A stretch of 63,442 nucleotides of DNA, filler included, from Octopus bimaculoides (taxonomy: Eukaryota), in the NCBI RefSeq assembly GCF_001194135.2. It is 11 parts of 10 records of this genome, joined end to end, with 100 filler letters (N's around TTAATTAATTAA, not from the genome) between each part and the next. Parts side by side here need not be neighbours in the genome. Positions count along the whole stretch, not along the records: positions 49,010 to 60,259 come from NC_068982.1; positions 60,360 to 62,191 come from NC_068995.1; positions 62,292 to 63,442 come from NC_068987.1; 8 more parts are not named here. One strand, 5' to 3'. The position numbers were made by a program, and so were the translations under genes. Positions 49,823-62,600 of this stretch are shown piece after piece (the stretch's first letter is position 1; the number at the start of each line of letters is the position of its first letter). The notes under the pieces are model-generated. The model made no database searches. It saw nothing but the letters and a program-made list of their open reading frames with translations, and had not been told where the DNA came from.

Positions 49823-51832
49823 GAAATGATGTTACTATTGCATGCACAGAGACCTTTCAAACTTTATACTTTAACATTGACTGATAAATACTCTTTAATC
49901 AATATATTAAACAATGGCTCACAAATGTTTTGCTTTCACTCCGTCTCTTCTATAATAACAATAGTTCATGGCCTTCTTCTCTTTGACCTAAGATCAGCCT
50001 CCTCTTCTTCTGGACCCCAATATTCTGTGCTTCACATACCCTTTTCACCCATTATCCCCAGAGCTTCAGCTTTTGAAGATAATTCCCTTCAAGCTTAGGA
50101 TTTTCTGAATACAAATATGTAGAAGAGATGGATACCAACTTCCTCCTCTGACTAATACAAAACTGTGGACACCCAATCAATGACATACAACTTAGTTCAC
50201 CATAAGCATTTATTGTTCTAGAGGTACGTACAATCAATCTGCAACATACACAAACTTGCACAGATGAAATGGGTGAGTGAATAAGACATTGGACTATCGG
50301 TTAAAATATCATGAGTTCAAGTTCATTGCATTTATGGCTGAGACACTTCATTTTTTCTATCTTAATATGTCAATCGTTAGTCCATGTTGAAAGATTTTCT
50401 AAAAATATCATGAAGGGTCAAGCAGATTATTGTGAACAGTGAATTCAAAAATGAAAAGAAAATGGATACATAATTTTAATTTTAAGGTCCTTCCTTAGGT
50501 AAAGAAATGAGTGAACCATTTTTGATATTCTCTTATGGATAAATTCATAATAAAAAGGAATAACCTATAAATTTGGTTTGCAGAAGACTAACATAAATAC
50601 AATAACCAGACTTAATTACCATGACAGACAATGCTGTTTTTCTATTCATTAAGTAAATTTAAAAAAGCAAATGAAAAAAATAAAATAATTTCATAATTTT
50701 TTTTTAAAGTCATTTTCTCATTCTTAGCTACTTTTCCATTAATGTTGTTTTGAATTATTGGAACATAAATAATATCTTTTAGCTTTTCTTTCTTTTTAAC
50801 ATTTTTTTTAGTTGATCTATTGACATTTATCATAATCTATATTTTCTAGACATTTTCTCAATTGCAGTTCTCTGAGAGAAACTAAGAGTTGTTGTGTAAA
50901 AAAAATTGTTTTGTATTTTACTATGACCTTTCATTATCAAGTGATGTTTTCTCAAGTATAAACTTTTCTTTATCACTGCTTATTCCCAGTTATAACATTA
51001 AATATCAATTTTCTGAACCTTAGTGAATCATGTAAAACAAAACTTCTATTAACAATAGTTTTCTAAGCATGATTATATGCAAACATTTCTAATATAGTCT
51101 AATGATTTTAGTTGAATACCTTATATGAACTTCAAATATTTGATCAATGTTAACTCTTGAACTTCCCATTACATATATTTCAAAGATCCAGCATGTGTCA
51201 ACCTCTTGTAATAATCCATTTTTAAAATTCTTGTTCTTTTAATTCCTAATGCCATTCTTACTATCCATAAAAATTCAAATATAATACAAATTTTATATTT
51301 ATAAGCCGAAAATCAATATAATGATTAAATATTCAGTTTGAAAGTAACTAAAATATATATTTTAAACATTAAATTATAAGCACATTCAATTGTACAAAAA
51401 ATATGATTGGAGATTTAAAGCATTGATTTACTTAATTCTATTGCTATTTTATTCAGATTATAAGCATTGTGGGAATATAAATGAAATATGTCATATTTAC
51501 ATTTTACTAATGTCCTGGCATTGTTCAGTGAAATACAAAATAAATTAAATAAAGGGTTGTTGACATAAAGTATTAAGTTGATGCGTACAACAATCTTTCA
51601 GATATGTAAAGTCTAAGTTTTGAATTGGTTGCTTGACATGATGGATATAGCAGTCAAATTTTATTCAAAATCCTCCTTAGTTTCTTATAAAAGGAACAAC
51701 ACAGTACACAGTGTAGTCCTAGATACACTATATCTGAATAGAAGGTGGGATGGTCACAGCTAGAATATCTTTGAGTGTAGCCCTACTTGATCAGGGCTGG
51801 AGGGGAGCTAAATAGAAACAGCTTTGGTTTCA

Positions 51833-52085
51833 TCATCATCATCATCGTTTAACGTCCGCTTTTTATGCTGGCATGGGTTGGACGATTTGATTGAGGACTG
51901 GCAAGCCAGGAGGCTACACCAGTCTCCAATCTGATCTGGCAAGGTTTCTACAGCTGGATGCCCTTCCTAACGCCAACCACTCTGAGACTGTAGTGGGTGC
52001 TTTTTACATGCCACCAGCATGGGAGCCATTCAGGTGGCACTGACATCAACCATGCTCAAATGGTGCTTTTTTTATATGCCACCAA
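51833..52085 (-). mobile_element. Family E element
   Basis: (cat)n cgtttaacgtccgc…gccaaccactctgaga…ggtgctttttacatgccacc. Confidence 0.88.
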
Positions 52086-52159
52086 GATTATAAAAGAAAA
52101 TTATACAATAAATTATGCAGATCATTCTAAATATCATAAACCCATATAAGTAATCCATT

Positions 52160-52440
52160 GTGAAGGCAGGTGGCTTTAGTGTGCATTCATGATTGCTAGA
52201 TCATTGGTTCAATACCCAGACCAGGTGGTGCTTTGTGTTCTTGAGCAAAAATCTTCATTTCATGTGACTCCAGTCCACTCAGCTGTAAAAGGGTCACCCA
52301 TGCGATGGAATTGTCTTCTGATCTGGAGGAATGTTGACCTGTTTGCCCAGCCATCGGTGTAGCATCATTCAGAGATTAAAACAATGTGAAGCACATTGTG
52401 ACTAGCGATGTATAACAACATCCAACAGTCTGGTCAATAT
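52160..52440 (+). mobile_element. CpG-decayed tRNA-derived SINE
   Basis: gtggctttagtg…ggttcaatacccag…gtgttcttgagcaa…ctccagtccactcagctgtaaa. Confidence 0.65.
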
Positions 52441-52586
52441 TGCGATTACCACAATAAGTGATCTATTAGTACAGTCATTGAAAAAGTATTGACAATTACA
52501 AAAGATACAGTTCTACATTTGAGAGATGAGGAATTATGTACATTATTTACATTTGATGGATATTTGTCCTCATCTTGTTTGTTGTT

Positions 52587-52632
52587 AACACAACATTTCG
52601 GCTGATATACCCTCCAGCCTTCATCAGGTGTC
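52587..52632 (-). ncRNA. Minimal type-I hammerhead (PLE terminal repeat)
   Basis: RC: GACAC CUGAUGA A GGCUG gaggguauau CAGCC GAAAU GUU GUGUU (C15.2U). Confidence 0.8.
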
Positions 52633-52816
52633 TTGGGGAAATTTCAAACCTGGGTTCTCATAATTTTTGATGGAGTTTCTCTATATGTCTCCATTGAAGT
52701 CTAATGTTGGCTCTGTACCAATTAGATAATACAGTTCTATGTTTAAGAGATGAGGAATTATGTACATTATTTACATTTGACAGATATTTGAAAACCCAGG
52801 TTTGAAATTTCCCCCA

Positions 52817-52862
52817 AACACCTGTTGAAGGCTGGAGGGTATATCAGCCGAAACGTTGTGTT
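52817..52862 (+). ncRNA. Minimal type-I hammerhead (PLE terminal repeat)
   Basis: AACAC CUGUUGA A GGCUG gaggguauau CAGCC GAAAC GUU GUGUU; palindromic AACGUU stem III. Confidence 0.85.
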
Positions 52863-53064
52863 AACAACAAACAAAATAAGTTCAAATGTCCATCAAATGT
52901 AAATAATTACAAAAGATGTTGAACAATTCTTTATATTTACTTGATTAAAATGATAGTTTTGTGTACAAGTTATATTTGTCATCATATATTGCTTATTGTG
53001 TAGAAGTTAAAATCCTAAAGGTCAACATGACAATGACCAAAATGTTAGTAATACAATTTCATCT

Positions 53065-53180
53065 TCGTTGGCCCGAGGCTATAGTAGAAGACACTCACCC
53101 AAGGTGCCACACAGTAGGACTGAACCCAGAACCATGCGGTTTTTTAGCAAGCTACTTACCACACAGCCACTCCTGCACCT
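53065..53180 (-). mobile_element. Family A head
   Basis: ggcccgaggctatagtagaagacact…ggactgaaccc…ttaccacacagccactcctgc. Confidence 0.85.
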
Positions 53181-54237
53181 GATTTACAATCTACCGACTA
53201 AAAACTTCAAGCACCTGACACAGAATTTAAACAACACTATCTATTACAAGTCTTGAAAGCTTACAGTTTATTTTAACTTAAAACTCTTTACAAAAAAAGG
53301 ACTTGAATCTTTTCCTAAAAGATCAAAGCTTGATATGACCATACACCAAATTACGCTTGTTATGTATGATGTGCACATGATGAAAGTATGTTATGTGCTT
53401 TCTGAGAAGGTTACTGATAGAAAGGAGAAGAAATGATGAAATGACAGATGGCTGACCCTACATAATAAATGATAAATGACTAATACAATTGGCAAGATAC
53501 TGTATAGCCATTCAAATTAAGCCACAATAGATATTAGAATGTTACAATGGTGATGATGTACCATCAATGGCTAGTTGATTAATCTATAACAAGAACTAAT
53601 AGTGTAGCTAAGAATATTTCAGTTGAAAGCTGTTTTAAAGAATTCAGATCTTAAGAAGAATTTGTCACCTGATCAACTGTATTGCCACTATTTTATAGAA
53701 AATGTCATCTGAAATCAAAAACAGACTTTTGCCTTTATATATACTTCTAGTTTCAGTAAACAACATCACAAACAGCTTTTGCTTATTTATATAAACGGAA
53801 ATATTAACATAGACAAATATATTTAATTCATGAGATATTGTGTTTGTTTTTGAGTGTGCATTTTATGCTATCATTATTAAAACTATTTAACATTGATTAA
53901 TTAGATATTAAATATTAAATGAAAGACATCGTTTTGATTACTCAAAATAAACTACATACATTTTTAATTGCTTCTTTTTCCTAGATTATATAACTTTCAC
54001 TTCATAATTTGTTTGCTTGTTAAATTAATATTTCAGAAATACTAAATTGCATAACTAATTTGAAACAGTTATACAGATTTGAAATAAATACTAAATCCAT
54101 TATTATCAACTTACAACTTGATTAATTTCGTGGTGATCAATCAAATAGTGCCACAGACCTGTGAGTGTATTCAGTAAAACCATACAAAGATCTGGTATTA
54201 AGCTTGTATAATCCTACACACGCGCTCAAATATCTAT

Positions 54238-54399
54238 ATAGGCACAGAAGTGGCTGTGTGGTAAGTAGCTTGCTTACTAACCACATGGTTCTGGGTTTGG
54301 TCCCACTGCGTAGAACCTTGGGTAAGTGTCTTCTATAGCTTCGGGTCGACCAAAGCCTTGTGAGTGGATTTGGTAGATGGAAGCTGAAAGAAGCCCGTC

Positions 54400-54466
<67 letters not shown>

Positions 54467-54700
54467 TATATATATATACACACACATATATATATATGTG
54501 TGTGTGTTTGTTCCCCCAAAAATCACTTGACAACCAATGCTGGTGTGTTTACGTCCCCGTAACTTAGCGGTTCACCAAAAGAGACCGATAGAATAAGTAC
54601 TAGGCTAACTTTGAATATGTCCTAGGGTCGACTTTTTTGACTAACGGCAGTGCTCCAGCATGGCTGCAGTCAAATGACTGAAACAATTAAAAGAATAAAA
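54238..54700 (+). mobile_element. SINE family A, full length
   Basis: ggcacagaagtggctgtgtggtaagtagc…gcagtcaaatgactgaaacaa. Confidence 0.9.
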
Positions 54701-55934
54701 GAATATACTCGTGTGTGTGTGTGTGTGTGTGTATGTGTGTATACATGCACATACAACATGTATACATGTATGTACATATTTCAGCCTGATATAAACTCAG
54801 ACCTTGTCTACTTAATAATTCACCTGAATAGCTCACTGCACTTTAGCCCTTCAAAATTGTATACTTTTTAAACTTGATGCCATTTGAATGCTTTGTTCAA
54901 TACATCTGAAAGTGACTTCAATGTGACTTCCGATTATTGGAGCAGATGTAGCCTGGGTTTGAAATGAGTTCCAGAAATATGCTAGTTAACCCATAGCTGG
55001 GAACCTTAACAAGTGCTACTATTCCACGTCAGAGTAAACCTGGGAACAGAAATAGCTAAAAAGGTAGTTCCACACTTCTCAAAGCCCTGCAACTGCAGAA
55101 CCAAAGCTCCACTGCCTGATGCACTTTAAAGTCTTACCCAGGGCACCTCCAAGAATGACTTCCACAAGGCTCCTTTTTCCCAAGAATATATGGTAGGGAA
55201 GGGTTTATTAACGTCTATTTGAATTATGAAAATCTGGAAGTGAATGTGTTCCTTTCTTTATTGAATTCTTCCAATAAAGAACCGGTTTAACAACAACTAT
55301 GAAGAGTTGCATGTTGAATTCTAGAAAGGTCTTGTGAAATTTTATTGTTGTACTTACAAACTGAATTTGCAGAAGGCATATTAGCTGGTCACTTAACCTG
55401 AACAAACAACATTCCCTTTTAGACTATCATTAATATAATTAGTATCATAAGCAGGAACATGAATAATGGTTGATACATATGTAATTTTGTAAGTTTAAGT
55501 AGAGAGACTAAAAGCTTTAAACCATTTATTCTGAAATGTTCTCTTTCTGAAATAAATGTTCACTTCTTTTGAACAACAAATGTCAATAAAGACATCCATT
55601 TCTTTTTTATGTCTCTATTATATTTGACTTGGTGCATTTACATTTGTCTGAATCCTTGTTGGGAAGGTTCCACCAATATTTCTAATGTAGGAAGGCATTG
55701 ATATCAAACAGCAGAATTGTTATTTTATACTTGGCTGAGTGCAGTTTTTCATACAGATGTCATAATATGTTGTTATTGCATCAAAATTATGCTACCCCCA
55801 ATAAGTGAGAAGACATTACTTCATCTGGAAACAGGCGAGGGTCAGTAACATGAAAAGCATCTGGCTGTAGGAAACTGCTTCAATATACAGAAAAGTGGAT
55901 GTTAGAGCAGTAATGATGATGCTGTATTCATATA

Positions 55935-56245
55935 GCTCAGTGGTCAGAGCAGTGCACTCATGATCATGTGATAGTGAGTTCAGTTCTTGGACTGGGCTGT
56001 GTTGTGTTCTTGAGCAAGGCACTTTATTTCATGTTGCTCCAGTTCACTCAGCTGTAGAAATGAGTTGAGAATGTCACTGGTGCCAGGCTGTATCAGCCTT
56101 TCTTTGCACTTGGATAACATCAGGGGCATGGAACAGGGAGGCTGGAATGCATGGGTGACTGCTGGTCTTATATAAACAACCTTGCCCAGTCTTGTGCCTT
56201 GGAGGGTAATTTTCTAGGTGCAATCTCATGGTCATTCATGACCGA
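55935..56245 (+). mobile_element. CpG-decayed tRNA-derived SINE (core gtgttcttgagcaaggcact)
   Basis: cagtggtcagagcagtgcact…gagttcagttc…ttgctccagttcactcagctgtagaaatgag. Confidence 0.65.
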
Positions 56246-56399
56246 AGAAGGTCTCCTCCTCCTATACATAAGGATAAGCATATTAAATTAGGTCAGTGGG
56301 AAAACTCTTTTATACATACACACACATAAATACATACATAGCATAGCATGACCCCTCCTCTTTGCGTTTGTAGATTTGGAAGCAGCAGGGTGACTTCAA

Positions 56400-56583
56400 T
56401 AGTACTGGTGTCATAAAAAAATGTACCCAGTACACATTGTAAAGTGGCTGGCTTTAGGAAGGGCATCCAGTTGAAGACATCATGCCAAAGTAGGCACTGG
56501 AGCATGAAGCAGTCCTTGGGTTCACTGGATCCTTGTGAAACCACCCAAGACAAACATAGACGTTAAATGATGATGACGATGAT
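56400..56583 (+). mobile_element. Family E-related element with (TGA)n tail
   Basis: ttaggaagggcatccag…gacgttaaatgatgatg. Confidence 0.7.
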
Positions 56584-58355
56584 ATTGTTCATAACCAACT
56601 CTTAGCTTACAATTCTCAGTTTAATTCTTTCCATTGTCAATAGGCCAATGGTATTAAGAAATTATGGGATTCACCATAGCCAACCCCTCACAATGTGTGA
56701 GGGCAAGCTCATATATTTTCCAAAATGTTTTATAATATTAGATACTGTACTGAAACCAAACTCACTTCCCAATAATCCATGCTTTATGGCAAAATACCTG
56801 GCTTAACATTCACTTTGTGTTCTTCACCATTTCTTTGTCTTAGTCAAAGCAAAATCAATGTAACTTCAGTTTTTATCTGAACTCTTAGAGAACGAGGTGC
56901 ATAATGAATGGGTTGTTTGAGTTTTCTTTTACGATGATGATGATGGTGGTGGAGATGTGATGACGATGATAGTGATAATAACATTGATGTTCGTTGTGAT
57001 GATGATGATGATAATAACAAGAGCATTGATAATTATTGTGATGATAATGGTAGTGACAACAACGTTGATGGCCAGTGCGCTTGTGATGGTGGTGGTACTC
57101 CTTGTTGATAATTATGATGTTGGTGACCCTAATTATCTTCATAACTTGCATCATAACCACCATCCATCTTATCATCATCACCATCATCAGTATTGCAGCC
57201 ATCTCTACAATTATCTTCCTCTTTCCTCTCTTCTTTCTCATCATTATTGTAAAACTTTATTGAATATCCAGAGAAATGCATTCTGGAACTATTAATGAAA
57301 TAAGAAGACATGAATTTCCTGAAATAATTATGAGGTGGTGGGGCCATTAAGTTAGCCACATCTGAAACGCTGCTTGCTGAAAACTATTCAAGGATGAGGA
57401 TTTAGTCATTTAATTTTAGAGAAGAAAAATTGTTCTCAGATATTTACATAAACGAGTCCCAAAAGTATGACTAAGAAGACAAAAAGTAAAAAAAGCACTT
57501 TATTATGTTCCAAGCGAAGGCAACTGATTATAGTGTACAGATCAATAAAATACCAAGACAAGCATTGGCCATTAACTTCTCAGCTAATAAATGTGAGGTG
57601 TGTTTGTTACTTTACACCTAACGATTATCTGAAATAGTAAATATAGATAACACATTTTGTTACTGTCCAACTACAATTTTAAAGTGTTTATGATACTGAA
57701 TATATCCCAAATTAATTTCCATAAAATTGTGGTGGAAACTTCTTTCACACACACAGGAAAAGGTAACGGAAACCAGAAAGGAAAAAATACTGATGTTTTT
57801 CCTCTCTTTTTTTTCCATTGTTTTTAACATAGTTTCATGCAAAGAGTTCATGCAACTGATTGGCAAATAATTCAGTGATTAATATATTCCAGCCTCTGAC
57901 CCACAAGTACTTTTTCTATCTGCTTATTCCACAACTATAATTATCTTCACTTGTCTAACTCCATGTCTTGCTGTGAGCCCTCAAATTCTACAGAAGATGA
58001 AATGGCACTTTTTGCTCATTTTTGAATGTTGCGGGGCCATTCAAGTGAACCGACGTGCATGGTGCAGTGAATATATTTCAATAGTTTTATACAGTGAGCT
58101 TGGCTGATGATCCTAAGTGTTTTTAGCACAGAAGGTGAAATCAATTGAGACTGAGATAACTCTTCTTTACTTTGTAGTTTTTGCAAAGGTAAGGCCTATT
58201 TTTCTTATATTTACTACATTAACTCTTCATGTTTATTTATAGTGACAAATTTGTGCAAACTGGTATTTCGGTACCCTAATTTTTATGTATGTATATATAT
58301 ATATATACACATTAATTACATTTGACAGATATTTGTCCTCATCTTCGTTGTTGTT

Positions 58356-58398
58356 AACACGTTTCGACTGATATACCCTCCAGCCTTCATCAGGTGAC
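58356..58398 (-). ncRNA. Hammerhead relic; cleavage triplet deleted
   Basis: RC: gucac CUGAUGA A GGCUG…CAGUC GAAAC GUGUU. It lacks 3 nt (GUU) relative to the sister copies. Confidence 0.7.
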
Positions 58399-58445
58399 TT
58401 GGGGAAATTTCGAACCTGGCTTCTCATTCCTAAGGTATTTTTCGA

Positions 58446-58479
<34 letters not shown>

Positions 58480-58485
<6 letters not shown>

Positions 58486-59112
58486 GAGTGAGAGAGCAGT
58501 GCATGCCATTAAAGTGACACTGGGGTTAAATATACGAAGCCCATTATACCCATCATGACTACCCGTCTGATAAGGGTACACCAGGCACGTGCATCACAGC
58601 CATATGTACGCGACATGGTGATCTCATATCAAGATAAACAGCGCATGACCTCGCAGGTGGGGCCCAGTTAGAATTTTCTTCAGGTCAAGTAGNNNNNNNN
58701 NNNNNNNNNNNNNNNNNNNNNNNNNNNNNNNNNNNNNNNNNNNNNNNNNNNNNNNNNNNNNNNNNNNNNNNNNNNNNNNNNNNNNNNNNNNNNNNNNNGT
58801 TTAAGGATGTTGAGCAAAACATCCATGTTTGCAAAGGTGAATTATTCAAACCCCAAAGAATTCCTCTCAACACATGGCTATGATGCTCCTCAACTACTTC
58901 TGCTCATGATCAGAGATGCACATGTCGTCAGCCACCAAGGGAGATGCTCAACTGGTTAAGGTCAAACAACTGACAAGCAAATCTGTGGTATTAAGCAGAA
59001 TATTTGCTGTAGCCCATCTTTTTATACCAAGACAAAACAATATACATGATAACACTTCGAATCAGTTAAGATCAGAAGCCATGAGAGCCACTGCCTGGTA
59101 CTGCATCCGGTC

Positions 59113-59145
<33 letters not shown>

Positions 59146-59215
59146 CAAGGTCACTGCTTGGAATCAAACTTGGGGTTAGTAGCCCACACTCTTAACCACC
59201 ATGCCATATGCCCGT
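58480..59215 (-). mobile_element. tRNA-headed SINE (family G) with (AAT)n tail, nested in the PLE terminal repeat
   Basis: RC head ggcatatggcatggtggttaagagtgtgggctac; RC tail …ccccagtgtcactttaatggcatgcactgctctctcactc(aat)n. A related tail piece is at ~32520-32575. Confidence 0.65.
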
Positions 59216-59582
59216 GGGCAATTATGGAGTGAATTTTAGGGCTTATAAATTTAATATTCTCCTATCCTTCCTCAATACCGGTTACCATATGATACTCATA
59301 TCTGCACTCAGTCTGCTTAGAAGATTGCTGTGTCCTAGTATATGTGCTGTTTCTTTTCGTTTTCATATTTTCCAGTGGTGTTCTCTGTCTATTACTTTAA
59401 CTTAATCCCACAGGGGAGGTGGTCTCCATTTTTCCATTCATGATCAGTTATACCCAATTTATCAATATCTCCAAGTGTCACAGCTTTGCGATGTTCATCT
59501 ACCCTTATTTTGAGGGGACGGCATGTTTCACTCTATAATTGCCCAGCTTAGGAATGAGAACCCAGGTTCGAAATTTCCCCAA

Positions 59583-59628
59583 GACACCTGATGAAGGTTG
59601 GAGGGTATATCAGCCGAAACGTTGTGTT
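59583..59628 (+). ncRNA. Minimal type-I hammerhead (PLE terminal repeat), core intact
   Basis: GACAC CUGAUGA A GGUUG gaggguauau CAGCC GAAAC GUU GUGUU, with a G-U wobble in stem II. Confidence 0.87.
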
Positions 59629-59707
59629 AACAACAAACAAGATGAGGACAAATATCCATCAAATGTAAATAATGAACATAATTCCTCATCTCTGAAATAT
59701 AGAACTG

Positions 59708-59741
<34 letters not shown>

Positions 59742-59967
59742 TCATCATAGTCATCATTATCATCGCTATCTTAATATCTACTTTTCCATGCTGGTAAATG
59801 TCAAAAAGAATTCGTTGGACCAAAGTTTTTACAGTCTGACACCTTTTCTGTTACTCACCTGTTTTCAAGTAACGTATTATTTTCCCCTGGTAGGACATTT
59901 ATTCATTGCCACATAGCCTCTTGGAAATGAAGAAGACTTCTTGGATGACATATGCACCTGTTTACAA

Positions 59968-60034
<67 letters not shown>

Positions 60035-60376
60035 AAGTTATAATAAAGGTGACCAATGATTTATATCCAGTTTTATTCAGCAGTTAATTACTTCTTTTCA
60101 TTTCTGCACCTATATATCATTCAGCAGGAATTAATGCATACTGCAAAATTTGCATGTTTGTGTGCATTTATTGTTAATTGCCACATATTCAGGGTGAAGT
60201 GAATTGAATTGTTCAGATAGAATCTAAATTAAATACAAGTCCAGCCAAAATTTATCAAANNNNNNNNNNNNNNNNNNNNNNNNNNNNNNNNNNNNNNNNN
60301 NNNTTAATTAATTAANNNNNNNNNNNNNNNNNNNNNNNNNNNNNNNNNNNNNNNNNNNNTGTGTGTGTGTGTGTGC

Positions 60377-60414
<38 letters not shown>

Positions 60415-61344
60415 CAAAGCACAAACCGTAATGCTTGCCATGCACTGATAGAACTTCCAGTTGAACGAATTCCATTTTGATCTGACCTCTGAAATGTGCG
60501 TAAATATTGCAGTATAAATATTATCGCACTTTTTTTACAAGAAAAAGAAGAAAAAAAAGATATTTGGAACACACAGTATTTTGTGCTTGCTAGAAATCTT
60601 GGCACATCCGTCACGACCAAATAGCGATTCTAAACGAATCACAAAACGGATTTCACTTCAACACGCCATTACATGCTCAAATCCCTTCTCGTGAAATCTA
60701 ACAAAAACACCACTGACGTACGGACTATGATGAATGGGACATGTGACTGGCTGGGAACCTTATAACGTGAGGCTTCCATTCTCAGTCGTCATCCGTTATA
60801 CCTTTCTAACGAAACCTTTTAAATATGGATTCCTAAGAAGTATTAATGTATTGCGTATATACCAACTTACATGTATATACGCGGTTGGTTGATTGTATGT
60901 GTGTATGCGGTTGAACAAAATGTGTGTGTTATATTGAACATAATAGGAAAATAGCTTGTGACATTTTCCAGTGAAATAATACTCACATAATACATACATA
61001 CATACTTACATATATATATATATACATGCATACATACATACATGTACACACAAATATATACACATGTATGTATGTATCTGAGTAAGAGAGAAACAGAACG
61101 ATGGAGGATCGACTGGGATGGACGATATTGATTCTAGAGCTACACAAAAGGTATATGCAAATAGTCAGGAGAAAATATAAAGAATAAAAGACAAACACCA
61201 AAAAGACAAGCAACAAATGTACAAAATCAATAAAATTATATAATTAATAGTCATCGGTGTTCCGTTTTGTTTTTGCATGTTTTCTTATTTTTCTGATGAT
61301 ATTCCGCTAATCTTTGATTATGCTGATTACCACAGGTTTATGCA

Positions 61345-61511
61345 TTTAGATGTAGGCGTGGCTGTGTGGTAAAAATTTTGGTTCCCAACCACATGGTTCC
61401 GGGTTCAGTTCCACTGTGAGACGCCTTGGGCAAGTGATTTCTGCTATAGCTTCGAGCCGACCAATGTCTTATGTGTGGATTTGGTATGGGGAAACTGGAA
61501 TAAGCCCATCG

Positions 61512-61512
<1 letters not shown>
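61345..61512 (+). mobile_element. Family A head
   Basis: gtaggcgtggctgtgtggtaa…gggttcagttccactg…ccttgggcaagtg…agcccatcgtatata. Confidence 0.85.
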
Positions 61513-61543
<31 letters not shown>

Positions 61544-62155
61544 GTGGACACATTTTCAAATGTGACTCTGCGTAGTGGTTCATTGAAACGACATGCGTGC
61601 TAATTTGTGGACGTGCATAAATTACAATCACGTACACACACACACACACACACACATATATCCTGCCTTTTATATATACAGATATATGGAGAGCGAAAGA
61701 GAGGGAGAGCGAGAGAGTATTACATCTTGGATTTTATTGTTTCCGTTGCCAGAAAGGAGAATCTACGAATATGGAATCCTGCTAATTCAAATTTAAATAA
61801 ATGTTATTCTCCTCTACCTAACAATATCGAGGGATTATTTTTCGCTTAATTGCAGTTCACACCAGTGTAAACCATCATCTCTCTCTTCTGTCTCTCTCTC
61901 TTTCTCTTTTCTCTCTTGCTCCTTCTGTGTGTGAGCGTGTGTACGTGTGGGTGTATTAGCATACGCAAATGCAAACGCCTTGTTGTGTTTATAGAGGTGT
62001 GTATGCGTGTGTACATGTGTATGTGTGTGTGCGTGCGTTCCTGTGTGCGTGTATATATCTGTATTTATCTGAGAAAGAAAGAGAATCTGGAGAGTGCGGC
62101 AAACAAATGAAGCGACTGAGCGTAATGCAAAGATTATAAGCGAAACGAAAATGAA

Positions 62156-62191
<36 letters not shown>

Positions 62192-62420
62192 NNNNNNNNN
62201 NNNNNNNNNNNNNNNNNNNNNNNNNNNNNNNNNNNTTAATTAATTAANNNNNNNNNNNNNNNNNNNNNNNNNNNNNNNNNNNNNNNNNNNNTCTTATTCT
62301 ACATACATAGTGTGCTTGGAACGGCACCATCTAATGAGTTATTCATTTTTAGAGATGGTAACGCGTGATCTGAGGAAGATTTGGCTGCTATTACTAGTAT
62401 CTTAAACGGTGACAGAGACG

Positions 62421-62511
62421 TTCGATGATGATGGTGATGATAATGATGATGATGATGATGATGATGGTGATGATAATGATAATGATGATGATGATGATGG
62501 TGATGATAATG

Positions 62512-62543
<32 letters not shown>

Positions 62544-62600
62544 GATGATGGTGATGATAATGATGATGATGATGATGATGATGGTGATGTTGGTAGCGAT
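62421..62600. repeat. Compound (GAT/GGT/AAT)n trinucleotide microsatellite
   Basis: Explains the poly-H/D/M/I ORFs. Similar GGT/GAT blocks occur at 20230-20396, 35676-37150 and 56930-57250. Confidence 0.9.

Larger units (their letters stand above)
52507..52904. mobile_element. Non-coding inverted composite of PLE terminal repeats, 13-bp TSD
   Basis: Minus unit (~52507-52660), spacer, minus tail (~52731-52790), plus unit (~52791-52904). aattacaaaagat occurs at 52494-52506 and 52905-52917. Confidence 0.85.
58308..59710 (-). mobile_element. 5'-truncated Penelope-like element (GIY-YIG C-terminus and 3' terminal repeat) with an inverted terminal repeat at its 5' end
   Basis: Minus 59531 to ~59235 translates GETCRPLKIRVDEHRKAV.LGD.DK..I.DHEW.NGDH…VKVIDREHHWK..RKETAHI. 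Terminal-repeat units lie at 58308-58450 (-) and 59526-59710 (+). Confidence 0.85.

Noticed and set aside
54860-55260. Possible degenerate LINE RT C-terminal fragment
   Set aside because: Only a weak (S)FFPR-like hint with many stops; strand and family could not be fixed.
56930-57250. (GAT)-rich block followed by a (CAT)-rich block (also 62421-63010) as a functional hairpin
   Set aside because: Complementarity arises only from degenerate trinucleotide composition; no specific long stem was seen.
59845-59870. Minus-strand cag|gtgagt donor
   Set aside because: It lies inside a family E-related repeat (cf. 55820-55900) with no open upstream exon.
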